Source of the DNA: Eledone cirrhosa
Taxonomy: Eukaryota
Length of the DNA stretch: 64,000 nt
Direction of reading: 5' to 3'
Assembly (NCBI GenBank): GCA_964016885.1
Contig: OZ024741.1
Span: 163,122,001-163,186,000, forward strand
Positions 26,999 through 41,669 of this stretch are shown in pieces. How positions within the stretch are numbered: the stretch's first letter is position 1; each line of letters starts with the position of its first letter. Below the pieces are notes generated by a model, which had not been told where the DNA came from, ran no database searches, and worked only from the letters and a program-made list of their open reading frames with translations. A program made the position numbers and the translations under genes.

Positions 26999-28190
26999 AT
27001 TTCTTTCTAACATTGATCAAGAGTAGCAAATTGGGAGGAGGGGAAAGTCAATTATCCCGAACCCGCTACTTAACTAGTACTTTACCAACAAGGAAGGATG
27101 AAAGGCAAAGATGAATTCATTGGGATTTGAACGACTAATTAGCGCAAAGCATGTTGTTCGTCTACTGCCAATCCATATCCCTTATTTAGTTCTATGATAC
27201 TGCCAACAAATGACATTTCGACCTCAATATATTTCCCCAGCTGGTAAAACAATTATTTCAATGTTACTGCACCTATAATCATTTACTATGTCAACTATTT
27301 CAACAGAATTCCATATTTGTTAAAAGTATTATAAATAAGCAATTCATTTACACAAATATCATGTACGCACACACAAATACAGACATATACATAGATATAT
27401 ACATAGAAACATAGATACACATCTTTATCTCACAATTTCATAAGTATACAAATATTTATATATTCATTGTGGCAAGAATATGTACATAGAGATCAAACCA
27501 GCGGAGCCTAACTCTTATGTCGCTTATATGGCTCAGGAGGAGATGAAATCTGTACTGCATGCAAACGAAATTCTCGTCAATGTTAAATATTTGCTTCTGT
27601 TTCCCATTGTTAATTTATATGACGCTTACTGAAAAATGCATAGACAACATTGCAGCAATGGGGTAACAGGATATAATGGTCCAGAAATCAGCTCAGCTGG
27701 ATGCTTTATACTCCATTGATACCCTATTCAGAGACCTTACGTTGAATTAGCAAAATTATTTGCAAAGAATTTGTAAGACGTTTGCCAAGTAAATAATGCG
27801 ATTAATAAATAATATTTACTTTGGCAGATCATCACCCACTTCTTTGTTAATATACGTAATATTGATGTTTATCAATTAATAATATTACAAAAGTCATTGA
27901 TCCAGTAATAATATTTAATTTCCCGTCTCGAAAATTCCACAAACATATTCTTAAAGCTTGCACATTTAAACATATTTATTTCGTATAAAGAATAACTTCA
28001 TATAATGAATTTGTTTAAACATATTGTTGTATCAGAGAACTGAACGTATGTAGCAAGTAGATCAATGGAATTTCTCATCAAAGTTATTGTCTTTGTTAAT
28101 GTCATCACGTAAGTGATAGAAATAACATCAATATATTTCACTGTCCATGCAGATTTTTTCAATAATTTAATATAATAATGGAAGCTTCAG

Positions 28191-28226
<36 letters not shown>

Positions 28227-28239
28227 CTGAAGCTTCCAT

Positions 28240-28322
<83 letters not shown>

Positions 28323-28460
28323 AAATGAAAGTGCTCTTTTTTAAAAAAAGGAATTTATTAGGTATTGACATATGTTTCTGTAACAGACGGAATACCTATG
28401 TATCGCTGCTTGCGTAATCATATAATGTTAGCAAGTATTCGATAGCAAATGTATAATGCT

Positions 28461-28578
<118 letters not shown>

Positions 28579-29786
28579 TATAACTTATATATTATGTAAC
28601 TGAGCAACATAGTTTTGGGTGACTCATATCTAAGACTATTTCTGAAGCGCTAAATCCTGAAATTTTATCGTCTCTGTCTATAACAATTCTTATTATTAAT
28701 TACTCCCCAAATTACTTGATCACATGTTTTGGTACCTATTCCTGGGTTCATATAGGGTGCAGATGCCATCACCTTTCTTCTGTCAAATCTATTTTCGGAA
28801 ATATCGCATATCCCTTTATGATCTGATATTGCCACTATTATTAATAATTTGCTATTCCGAGACACAAATAATAGTATCAATATTGTTAATAAATTAAATG
28901 AGTTTAAAATACTCACACATTACTAAATCAGTATTAAGCTAAAAGTAAAGGCGTTGATAAAGAAAGTGTCTGCTTGGGATAAATACTTAAATAGTAAATT
29001 TCCATGATTGAGTACATAACTGAGTTTTTTATGGCTGAAATAAAATCCTTCAGTAATAGGCGATTAATTCAAAAGCATGCATTGTATAAATAGAAACCAT
29101 GCTTTTATCAGAGCATCAATATATCCAGATCATTAAATTACCATAGTTAATAAATTATTATTATTTTAAAAAAATGAAAATCATTATTAGAAAGAGCGGT
29201 TTAAATATGCTATGAAATAGGTGTTAATTATTAAGGAACAATATAATATGATAGAGGTGTCCCTAACTTAAATCCTATGGAGAGAAAAAATTCTATCAGG
29301 AGTAGGCAGTATGAAACAAACTACAGCATATATTAATATATAACACCAATACTATTTGGCTACCGCTCCGTATGAGAATGCGCTTTATAAGCTCATATAC
29401 ATACGCGAGAAATCTATGAGATTCTAGCTTATTTTTGTCGCAGCGGAAACTATGTGGATATGAAGCCTTGAAAACCAGCAAGTGAGAAACAACGTTGTCG
29501 GTTTTTGTTGAGAGCAAGGGTGTGTGATGGTGGTAACAAATTTAAAAAAATTCGTAGAGGATGGCTATCAAATGTTTTTCGAAAACGTACCTAATACAAC
29601 ATGGTTTTCAGCCATATCTGCATTTTCCTAAATAAGGACATCTGTCCGAAACATTGAAACCTCTTTTACTTCCTCCAAGAGTGAACTTAATATAACTATG
29701 CATATGTGTATGTACATGTGGATGTAAATGTGCATATATATATATATACATATGCATATATGTATATTGATATATATGTACACATA

Positions 29787-29855
<69 letters not shown>

Positions 29856-29998
29856 GTATGTATGTATATATGTATGTATAACTGAAGAAGTGCCGATCAA
29901 GTGTCGGGATACGATCGCCTGATCAAACCCGAGCTGATCGATATAGCAACAATTGTAATCTGAAATAAAGTTTCACTAAAAGCTGCAATTCTTATTGT

Positions 29999-30087
<89 letters not shown>

Positions 30088-30230
30088 TTAATATAGATGA
30101 GATTCTACAGGACTAGAACTGTTTCATCCTTTAGAAATCATAGTCCTGTAGAATCTCATCTATATTAAAACTTTTATACTCTGCTATAACTTACTTACTG
30201 TGGTTACCTCCGATTCAACCCGGAATAACG

Positions 30231-30262
<32 letters not shown>

Positions 30263-30474
30263 ATATATATATCTATCTATCTATCTATACATATCTATAT
30301 ACATATATATGCTTGGTGGTTCCCGATCTGTCCAGAATATCATGAACAAATTATACAACTTCTATATATTTTATCTGAAGAGGACATGCTTTGCTTTATG
30401 TTACACATCATAAAACTTTACATCCTCGAAATATATATGATAAAATAGAGATGATAATTATATTTATCTTTCGT

Positions 30475-30498
30475 TTATTATTATTATTATTATTATTA

Positions 30499-30593
<95 letters not shown>

Positions 30594-31000
30594 TATATAC
30601 ATACATACATATATATATATATACATATATACATATATATATATATACATATATATATACATATATATACACACACACACGCGCGCGCACACACATATAT
30701 ATGTGTGTATATATATATATGTATATGGATATGTATGTATATTTATATATACGTATATATGCATGTATACATATATATATATATATGTATATATATATAT
30801 GTATGTAAATATATGTATATATATGTATATACGTACAGAAGATGTATATATATGTATATGTATATACATATATATATATATGTGTAGTGTGTGTATGCGT
30901 GTGTATATATATGTATATAGATATGTGTATATATATGTATATATATATCTGTATATATATATATGTATGTATATATATATATGTGTGTATATATTATATA
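30475..31000. repeat. Compound (TTA)/(TA)/(CA)/(TATG) microsatellite, representative of dozens of tracts between 9085 and 63320
   Basis: Seen directly; source of the [14 protein letters not shown] and THTH ORFs. Confidence 0.95.
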
Positions 31001-31249
31001 GGCGTGTGGCTGAGTGGTTAGAGAATTGGATTCGCAATCGTAAGGTTGTGAGTTGGATTCCTGGACCGGGCGATGCGTTATGTCCTTGAGCAAGACACTT
31101 TATTTCACATCGTCAGTGGTGCTATTGTTTCCTCCCGTTGCATTGTATGTCTACGCCATCTTTATTTAGTCTGTTTATGTATTTGTTTCTACAGACGATT
31201 TCATATCAAAAACCTCGCAAAACTAATTCATCGCCGTTATATATGTATG

Positions 31250-31303
<54 letters not shown>

Positions 31304-31314
31304 TATATGTTGTC

Positions 31315-31872
31315 TCATGGTCGGGTCGTTGTCGACTAAACTGGCAACCCCACCAAGGTTTCTTGGTGAGGAGGTTGACTTTGGACATCCTGCAGGACTA
31401 AAAACAAAACCTGTCAAAGGGCAAAGGAGCTCTTAAGAGTCAATGGCCATCCAAAATCACCGGGAGAGATGACCCCTTAGCCTTTGTCAAGACAGAATTC
31501 TAGGAGAAGGAAAACTCTGATATAACACCTGCAACCCTGATGGTATCCAATGATGTTGACTTGTTCTTCTTTTTTGGTAAATATCATCTTGGGTAAGAAA
31601 GTGGGACTGGCTTTGTGAAGTGCCTTTGCTCACTATAAAAGCTTCACGACACATGCATTGCTTTATATGTGGAGATCTCTCTGCACTTGTCATCACATGG
31701 TACCATGGGCCCAGCACTATGTGTCAGTAATTGTCACATGTGTAGTGTTTTTACCAGAGTTTTCAAGTCGCTGGCTGGACTAAAAAGTCACACTCGTTCA
31801 GCACATCCGTAGGGGTTCTCCTACATGGATATAAAGTAGTGGCCGTACTCGAAAACGAGTTGGCAGCCACCA
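31315..31872 (+). mobile_element. Non-autonomous RTE-derived element / SINE with an RTE 3' tail
   Basis: 31601-31872 is nearly identical to 46200-46468; contains [18 protein letters not shown] (RTE C-terminal zinc-finger-like); bounded by microsatellites. Confidence 0.6.
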
Positions 31873-31948
31873 TATATATATGTATATATATATGTATATG
31901 TATAAATATGTGTATGTATATATATATGTATATATATATATGTATATG

Positions 31949-32070
<122 letters not shown>

Positions 32071-32240
32071 GAGAGAGAGAGAGAAATATACACGGGTGTG
32101 TATGATTGTGTATAGAAGATTATATTAATAAGAGGAATTCCAACTTTGTCTGATTTACTCGTTTTATTTACAATCCTATACAATTTATAATGGTATGATA
32201 ATGAAATAGTATGATAGAATATTAAATTCTAAGTGTTAAT

Positions 32241-32279
32241 TGAGCAAGTACTTTCATGCTTTCACAATCTTCAGGTTCA
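32241..32279 (-). ncRNA. Minimal hammerhead ribozyme, left arm of palindrome
   Basis: Exact reverse complement of 32352-32390. Confidence 0.6.
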
Positions 32280-32351
32280 TAATATGAGGTGACAGTCAAA
32301 CTTGCAATTTTCACAGTTGAAAATTACAAACTTGACTGTCACCACATATTA

Positions 32352-32390
32352 TGAACCTGAAGATTGTGAAAGCATGAAAGTACTTGCTCA
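32352..32390 (+). ncRNA. Minimal hammerhead ribozyme, right arm of palindrome
   Basis: tgaac CTGAAGA ttgt-gaaa-gcat GAAA gtac TT gctca; palindromic GUAC loop III; stem I has one mismatch. Confidence 0.6.
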
Positions 32391-32502
32391 ATTAACACTT
32401 AGAATTTAATATTCTATCATACTATTTCATTATCATACCATTATAAATTGTATAGGATTGTAAATAAAACGAGTAAATCAGACAAAGTTGGAATTCCTCT
32501 TA

Positions 32503-32591
<89 letters not shown>

Positions 32592-32907
32592 GTATATGTA
32601 TAAATATGTGTATGTATATATATATGCATGTATAAGTATGCATATATGAATATATACATATGTATGTATATATAAGTATATGTGCTGTCGTCGATTCTTC
32701 TTCTATATCTCTTTCTCACTTCCGTTCACTCACTCTATCCTTCTCTGGAGAAAATCTGCTATGACTAGACCTGGAGATGTGATGGGCTCCGACAGGTTTT
32801 AAAAGGCATTAGAAACATCGTATTTGAATACGGCTCCCCTACGACTCTCTCGGTAACTATGGGACCATGCAGGCATGCATATATATGTATACACACATAC
32901 ACACACG

Positions 32908-32984
<77 letters not shown>

Positions 32985-33025
32985 GATATTAAATAAATGG
33001 AAACTATATTTATAAAACCATATTT

Positions 33026-33089
33026 ATTTCATTATATATATTTCAGGGATATCATATTAACAATATATATTGCCTTCTTCAGACAAAAT
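33026..33089 (-). ncRNA. Hammerhead ribozyme (family C), left arm
   Basis: Minus strand: attttgt CTGAAGA agg...cct GAAA tatata TA atgaaat; 7-bp stem I with two G-U pairs. Confidence 0.7.
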
Positions 33090-33093
33090 ACAA

Positions 33094-33153
33094 TTTGTCT
33101 GAAGAAGGCATAACATATTGTTAATATGATATCCCTGAAATATATATAATGAA
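33094..33153 (+). ncRNA. Hammerhead ribozyme (family C), right arm
   Basis: tttgt CTGAAGA agg...cct GAAA tatata TA atgaa. Confidence 0.62.
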
Positions 33154-33283
33154 ATAAATATGGTTTTATAAATATAGTTTCCATTTATTTAATATCGTAA
33201 ATATACTCCAAATACTTGTTGAGTGCTTTTATATCAGTTATAAATATTTACTAGTTGTAACCCAACAATTTAAATATAACTTT

Positions 33284-33335
<52 letters not shown>

Positions 33336-33561
33336 GCACGACGGCAGAGCTCAAACCGTTTCGACGGCTATTTCTGGACTCATTCTACTACTCTACGTAT
33401 TGAGGATTCTGGTGCATTATGGTCCATCTGGTTCTTTACCACACTTCCTTCGTTATATATATATATATATGCCCGAAACGTCGTTCCCTCCCACTCTCAA
33501 GAGCGTGAACCTAATAAACCTTTATTTGTCTGCCTCTCTGCTTTTGTTCCCGTCCAATTTT

Positions 33562-33604
<43 letters not shown>

Positions 33605-34898
33605 TCTTTTCAACTTTACTATACTTCCTTGTTACAGATATACATAAAAATTGCTTTTTATCGCCTCTTACTGTTGTAGTAACTAGATGAAATAAAAAAA
33701 AAATCGCTCCATGAATATTATGAGTCAGATACAATACTACGAATATACTTAAGTCCTGACGTCGAAAGCAATAAACTATCACATGTTACCAGAATGGATG
33801 TCTGTATAGAGAATCTACTGAGAGGTGAGTATATACAAATATTCTTTTCTTTCAGTCGACAAATCTTTTCTAGATTGGATCAGTTGAGATTCTCCACATA
33901 TACATGACCAGAATCAAAATGAAATGATAATTTCGAATTTCGAATTAAAGCATCTGCATAATACATAAACATAACGAAAGATTCTACAGAAGTAATATAT
34001 GTCTGCATTTTGCCTTTCATCCTTACGGGGTTGATAAAATAAAGTACCAGTAATGCACTGGTTAATTGCTGGTCTTGTGCCTAAAGTAGAAACAATTATG
34101 TTAACTAAATAAATAAAATAAAAATAATAAATAAATAAATAGCTATTTTCAAATATCTAAAACACTCGGCGAAATAAATACATGTCAATAATAAGTAGAT
34201 ACTAGTAGAATAATCCACAGAAATACATTATTAAATATGACGTTGGAGACTCTAATTTAAGGGTCTTTGGAGTAACGTTATTCGATAAAGTGCGCAGCTT
34301 GCAGATCAGAGTGACACTGTAGATAGAGTCGCTAGAATCGCTGAAGTGATTTTTATGGGCAAACCAATAGCAAGAGACGTAGGCGTAGACCGGAGCAAAA
34401 TGGTTGGATAACATCCATGAGCCTGGCTGGTCACGCTTGGGGATCCAGCTGGATCAGTTAAAGATGGTTGCTTTTGACAGGACCCGCTTGGGGGATATGT
34501 TTGAAGACTCTTCCCCCACGACCTTCTGTTACTAAATTGAGTAATGGTGACGTTGCTGTTCAACCCTTCTAATATCCAATAAGCTACAAATACTTAATCT
34601 ACTATATCCCTTATTTTTCTATAAAATAAGTGTGGTGAAGCTTTTAAACTCGAAAGGTCATTTCTATGTTTAATAAGACCGAAAATACATACAATAAAGC
34701 CGCAATTTAACTAACCTTTTTCTTACACGATGAGGATTTTGGTATTGAAACTTATATGAAATTGCTTCAATAATCCGGTCACGAATCTTGAATTTTTATT
34801 TTAATACAAGATTGCAGATAATAAAATAAAATAAATTAATTCAGTCAGCACAGACACAAGTGTTAACAGTCAAATAGATAAAGATATAGAAGAAATCC

Positions 34899-34937
<39 letters not shown>

Positions 34938-35068
34938 CATACACCTAACTATATTTCTTAAACATTTTTTTATATATTTATATGTCTTTTGTATTACCTT
35001 CATCTATATTTACATATTTTTTTTTGCATTTCTTGAGGAGACTTTCCAAATATTTAGCCATGTTTTAT

Positions 35069-35146
35069 ATTGCCTCGTCCGACGAACGAATGAAGACGTT
35101 TCTTTCGTATTCGCCTTATTCGGGAAACCTCTGGTAATGAGGTAAT
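35069..35146 (+). ncRNA. Hammerhead-like ribozyme (family D) with one core substitution
   Basis: attgcctcgt CCGACGA acgaat...attcgg GAAA cc-tct-gg TA atgaggtaat; 10-bp stem I including G-U pairs; the core U4 to C change probably inactivates it. Confidence 0.6.
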
Positions 35147-35305
35147 TATATTGTATTGTTGTTTTTTATACATTAAATTTTGCTCTGGTACTTACATAGA
35201 GCACTCTTCACTCCTATGACTTTTTCTGTTTTCAACGGAAACTTCAATACTTATATATATATATATATATATATCTTTCTCTCCCTCTGTCTTAGATGAA
35301 CTGAT

Positions 35306-35373
<68 letters not shown>

Positions 35374-35767
35374 CGTTTGTACCAGCTCGTCAAAGGTTTT
35401 CCGGATCTTCACTAATGATTTTTGGTGACTTGTTATATCATTAATTTCATAAAATTTCAGTCGTTGCTGAATTGTTACTTCTGTATTTTACGGCTTTGAT
35501 AATGGGTGGGAAAGATTGCAATTAGAAACATTTTACGGAAGAGGATGTCTTGCTTGAAATGGTTGTACAACGGTCAAACAAAACCAATTCTACATTGTGC
35601 GCAGAACGTGGTCCTTCATAAAGCACCATCAGAAGCCATCTCCATAAGCTCGGCCTTGTGAGCAGACGTAGTTGAGGGGCTCCTCATAAATCGCCCAACT
35701 TTTTAAAATACGAAAAACTTTTCACTCAACCTGGTATATATTTATATATGTATGTATATATAAATAT

Positions 35768-35869
<102 letters not shown>

Positions 35870-35938
35870 ACACACACACACACCCACACCCACACACACA
35901 CACACACACATACTCACACACATACTCACACACATACA

Positions 35939-36003
35939 CTTTCTGATGAACGACTTCAGACGTCTCTATTAATGTCGCCTGTCTTCGTGAAACCTTTGGT
36001 AAA
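35939..36003 (+). ncRNA. Hammerhead core (family D), stem I truncated
   Basis: CTGATGA acga...tcgt GAAA cc-ttt-gg TA; intact core and stems II/III, but the 5' strand of stem I is replaced by a (CA)n tract. Confidence 0.6.
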
Positions 36004-36726
36004 TGAAATAATTATATTGTGTTATTTATTACATAATTAAATAGCTCTGTACGTTACATAGAACACTCTTCCTTCCTTTACCTGTTCTACGGAAACACTT
36101 CATATATATATATATATATAAATATTTATATAGATAGAGATATATGTATATATGTATATGTATTTCTATATATGTGTGTGTATATATATACACATCTATA
36201 TATATGCATATCTATGTATATGTGTGTATATGTAAATGTATTGCTATATATGTGTGTATCTATGTATGCAGTGTGGGTGTGTTTATGCATATGTATAAAT
36301 GTATGTATGCATATGTTACTCTCGTGTTTTCCTGTTTATTATTCATATCAAAATTCTAGCAGTTGTTTTGTCTGCTACTGATCTTCTTTTGTCGCTGACC
36401 TGACAACGAGCAAGATGTATGTGCTTATGAAGAAAGAATTTATATATTTTAAAATAAAGTGCAGTTATGTTATATTCATTTATTATTGCTGTACTATGTA
36501 AAACATCTGCTTTATACTAATTACATGAACAGCAACAGAAACATTGAAAAGTATTTGAAAGCAAATACTGGCAGATATTAATTAGGCAGCTGGTCATTAA
36601 TTTAAACGTGTTCTCTTCCACTTCCAAGAATCTTGTCTCATTTTAACGGACTAATCATTTGCCGTAGGAAACGGACAGGATAACAGAATAACCTGTAAAA
36701 CCGTCGAATAAACACTACCCCCCCCC

Positions 36727-36772
<46 letters not shown>

Positions 36773-37469
36773 ACCCATAAAATTCACATCTCGAATACCA
36801 GTAGAATTCTTAATTCTGATTCCTCTGTTTGCACAAAGCAATGATGTATTATGTTGACTGGACTGGAAATTATTAGGAATCCTTCTTTTAGCTACTTATG
36901 TAGCCGCATTGACGCTCGAGTGGGAAGTATGGTAATTCATTAAGATCAAGTATCTAACTTGAAACCTAACCTTACACTCAGCCAACTGTTAGTCTACAGT
37001 ACGTCCAATATATTGTATTGATTTTTACATAAGCAAATGTCCTCAAATATATAAAGGATGGCTTTTTGCAAGATCATTAGCACTGTAAATGATTTAATAC
37101 AGTTTAGCTACTCTCGAATCGTAACCTTTTTACATTGAAATATAGGAGCCCATATCTCCTTGACGCTGTTTACCATGCTTGATGCAAAAAGGAAAAATGT
37201 TCAACAAATATAACCCAGGCGGAATTCAATTCCAGATATATTAATAAAATATAACACAGATACATAATAACAGATGTATTTCATTTGTATATTGAACACA
37301 TATGTGAATGTATACGTCAAATACGATATTCCTCAACCACAAGGCAAACGATTTTTGGCAAGGGAAAAGTTAATTAAACAACCACAGTACATGACTTGTT
37401 CCTTTTCATCAACCAGGACCAAGTATTCAGATACTTTTGCATCCAAATTGAGGACGTTAAGACCGAGTG

Positions 37470-38450
37470 GAGATTGTTCAGTTTAGCAGTTTCTGCTTCA
37501 GCTATTGAATGCTGCGGGTGAAAGTGGCTTGGTGTGGCGCCAGATGGCAGGAGGACCTTATGGTTCAATCAAATATGCCATCCGAGCAAAGAAGGAGGCT
37601 TACAAAGCTTGGCTTGGAAATAAGTCCTCGTTGTTGCACTTGCGATACAAGTTGACACAAATAATTGCAGCAGAGATAGTAAAGGCCTCTAAGGTTAGAC
37701 ATGAGAGGACTTTGGGGTTAAGGTGGAATCCGACTTCAGATTAGCAAATAATGTGTTCTGGCAGATCATTCACCGATTTCGTAATAAGATGCCCTCTTCC
37801 ACACCTGCTCTCAGGAACGCGCCTGGATTTCTCTTCAGAGGTGTATTCTCACGAGGTGGAAAGGATACTTTCCCGATCTACTAAACCCGATCACAAGACC
37901 ATATTCTGATGTACACGAGGTGCATCTGGAGTGGTGACTAATCTCTCGGAGGTTGAGGTCACAAGAGTAGTTAAAGAGCTCAAATGTTGCAATTAACGCC
38001 TTTAACCGGAGAATTTAAGTTAAAAGCTTTAGACGGAGAAGGTATTCTCTGGATGACTTGTGTGTGCCGGGTGACCTGGATCTCTGGAAAGGCATCAAAA
38101 CAATGGCAATCGGGAGTGATAATCTCAATTTTCAAAAAAGGGAAACAAGAGTGATTGTTCCAATTACAGAGTGATCTCCTTGTTTAGCCTTCCCGGTAAC
38201 GTCTATACGAAGTGTCTGGCAAAGAGATGTAGTGAGATTGTTGTGTCCATGATGAACAGTGCAGTAACGTGCTATTCGATAATTAGAAGAAGGGAGGTGG
38301 GTGTAAAAGCTAACGCTATTTTCAATTCGGTATTCGTATCAACCCTTACATATGGTCATGAAGCGGCCGAAATGTGGTTCCTCCGAACGGTTTTGGGGGG
38401 TAGCGTTACTTGATAGAGTGCGTAGCCCGGACATCAGATAGTCACTCCAT
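37470..38450 (+). mobile_element. Degenerate RTE (Rex3/Expander-like) LINE fragments
   Basis: AIRAKKEAYKAWL, WQSGVIISIFKKG..NYRVISL.SLPG.VY, STLTYGHE..AAEMWFLR motifs with frameshifts; related 3' pieces on minus at ~54050-54160 and ~56405-56640. Confidence 0.7.
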
Positions 38451-38630
38451 GATGTTGTAGATATTTATGAACCCAGGTGGACAGAGGATAATACTGATAT
38501 GTCCACAAGAAAAGGACATGCATATGGCATACAAAGTCACCCAATGAGGATACATGTTAAAGCATACAAAGTTTGGAGTAAATGTTTCTGTTACTCTCGC
38601 TTTCTTTCCTCTCTACCCCTCTCACTCTCG

Positions 38631-38734
<104 letters not shown>

Positions 38735-39876
38735 CACTATACACGAGGTTCGGATGAAAAGATTAGACTTCACAACTCTTGCATCAAAGATTGATGCAAG
38801 AGCTGTGAAGTCTTGCATGTATTATTTTCAACTCTTCTTATTAATAACTGCATTTTATCTTTCGCGGGACTATGTTGAAAAGTAAATCTCACTTGGTCAT
38901 TCCATTAAAGTATCTTGGTCAGCCCATGAACCTTTCAGCCGACCTTGGGAATAGGAAATATGGATGATGTCTGAGGTACGGTTTATGGAGGACGTGTTCG
39001 TTCTAGTATAGACATTTAGTTCATAATTAGCTTTGTTTTAAGGAGTGTATTAGTTACGAGTTTGGAATTCGATGGTCTTATCCACTAGATGTTTGTTCAT
39101 AGTGGGCATTGTTTTCAGAGAGTATTATTCACATATAGGGATATTCAATAATTACTTTGCGTTTGTTCTAGGGGATGGTCCTACGTATAATATAAATTTG
39201 CAGTTCACAATGAATAAGGTTTCATATATTTTTTTATTATTAGAAATTCTATGTATAAAAGGCAAACGGTTGTTATGGTTACACTGCGATCATTTATACA
39301 ATAATTAACACGGCTGATTCCCCCCTCCCCAGGGTCAGATAATGTTCTTGACAGAAGCTAATTATCAGCTGTTTTCACTTATATTTTGAAGTTGCTAAAA
39401 TGATAACATTAAGTTAATGGTGCAATTCAACCGCCTGTCGAAGTTCATCTCCAGTTATTGTTTTCAAATATTTACATGCTAAACATCAAATGTTTAGTCT
39501 ACTGCATAGAATATGAAACATTAGATTTAACCTGACATTTTGAAATCAATCAGCTAAATAGAAGAAAGGAAAACCGACTATATATATAACAGCCGCATGT
39601 CATTTAAAAAAATATTATGTTGGCACGTAACTGCTGTTATACTTTTGTCCTCGATCGCGTAAATCTATGATCAAAGGTTTTCGAAACATGATCATCTATT
39701 CTAATTTTATTTCGCATGCGTAGTGTAAGCAGATCCACATTATGGAATATAATTTTCTTTTCTAAGGAGTGTCAGCATAAACTGCTATTTCTAGCAGTTC
39801 GAGTGATCATGTACAGTCATTCTATTTCATTCTACTTGTTTAATTTTCACAGCGGGACTGAACTGTTTGCGAAAGG

Positions 39877-39973
<97 letters not shown>

Positions 39974-40424
39974 GACAATGGATTGTTTATTAAACTGGGC
40001 AAATAGGATGTTGTAAGTTTCATCTCTTTATCAGAGGGATTAACAGCGAAAGTGATGTAATATTGCTTCCTCGGGAAATTATATCATATGTATAACACTA
40101 ATCTGCTTTTTTGCCACATTAAGAATGAAACCTCACATTTATGTTTATCATATAATCGTTGTGATGACCATAAATTTCATATTAGATTTGGCGATATGTA
40201 TGCAATTGTTTGAAATATAAATCGTAACCAAGTTTTCAAATCTGTACTCTGTGAAATACAGGCTTTACTTCGTTACTAGGCTGATATGTTTTGAGAAAAA
40301 GACCACATCTTGTAATGAATAACATAGAACCTAGAAATATAATCTGAATAGAATACAAAGTAATGTCCTCTGAAATTAGTCCATAACATCCGAAGTCGGC
40401 TAAAATCAAATTAATATAAATGAC

Positions 40425-40850
40425 GATCCTTACGGGGTCGATAAAATAAAGTACCAGTAATACACTGGGTAATTTGCTGGCCTTGTGCCTAACGTAGAAA
40501 GAGTTATTATTGTTTAGCTCTAGGTCAAACATCACATCTAATTTTATATTTAAGCCCACATTATCCGCTGTAATTTCAGGAATATTTGGGTACTCCCAAG
40601 AGCATCTTAAATAATCGCATACAGACTTCCCCTTTGACCCGTATTATATAATTGCTTCTACTTTAGGCACAAGGCCAGTAATTTGAAGGGGATGGGAAAG
40701 TCTATTAAATCGACCCAGTGCATTACTGGTACTTTATATTATCGACCTCGTAATGATGAAAGGCAAAGCTAACCTCGGACCGGCGTGATTTGAACTCAGA
40801 ATGCAAAGAACCATAACTTTGTGCTGCAAAGCATGGTGTTTGACGCTTCA
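40425..40850. mobile_element. Two oppositely oriented SINE copies (40425-40500 plus; 40655-40850 minus)
   Basis: Core motif on each strand. Further copies at ~12040-12118 (-), 25600-25760 (+), 27005-27135 (-), 34008-34100 (+), 41685-41810 (-), 42340-42460 (+), 43200-43285 (-). Confidence 0.75.
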
Positions 40851-41623
40851 TCGATGTGTACTTAACCGCGGTGTAGCTCTGATTGATCAGACTTAAAACC
40901 AAAGGCGTTCAAGCAGTGAGCATACTTGTTTTTTAGGTTTATGTGTCTACAGTTCCTTCCTTTTTCATAACTGTATGATGTGATTTCCGAGAACTTAGCA
41001 ACTATTTCTAGCAGATCGAGAAATTCTATGTTGTGTCAGTGATATGAATGTTTAGGTTCCTCTTTTAAACGTTAGAATTTCCGTACCCACAAAAACATAG
41101 GAACGCATTAATAATGACAAATCCTATCATTCTGAATACCTCTATCATTTCTTAGTAATTTTGAAAATATATATCTTCACTATATTGAGCATTACATTGT
41201 ATTATATATCAATGTTTAAAATGTGTGCGATAAGAACCGTGGATTAAGGTGTAAGCGAGTCGGGTCCGATATTTGAAGCTACCTAAGATGTCTTACATTA
41301 AGAAATTTTGATAAAAGGAAATAACATAAGTTATTTTGTCCTTCATTTGGTTTGTATTGATATGATCTGGACAAAGATGTGCCTGTTGTCTTCGCAGAAA
41401 AGAAACATGGTCAGGGAAAGAATTCTAATGGTTTGATTGTCTCAGGAGAAAAGACTAGGCGAAGTATTAAGTATAGTATCTGGAGGGGGTCGGAGAATGA
41501 AGCCATCCCTCAATGGCCCTTAATTCCTGATGGAGATATTAGGGTACTGCCATGGGTTTTTAAAACTTAATGAAGCTCATTTCTTTGCAGCGGATTTCTT
41601 CCAGTGGAGAAGAGAGAGACTGG

Positions 41624-41669
<46 letters not shown>

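Larger units (their letters stand above)
32121..32510. repeat. ~190-bp-arm near-perfect palindrome
   Basis: Arms are reverse complements with a few mismatches near the centre (~32315). Confidence 0.92.
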
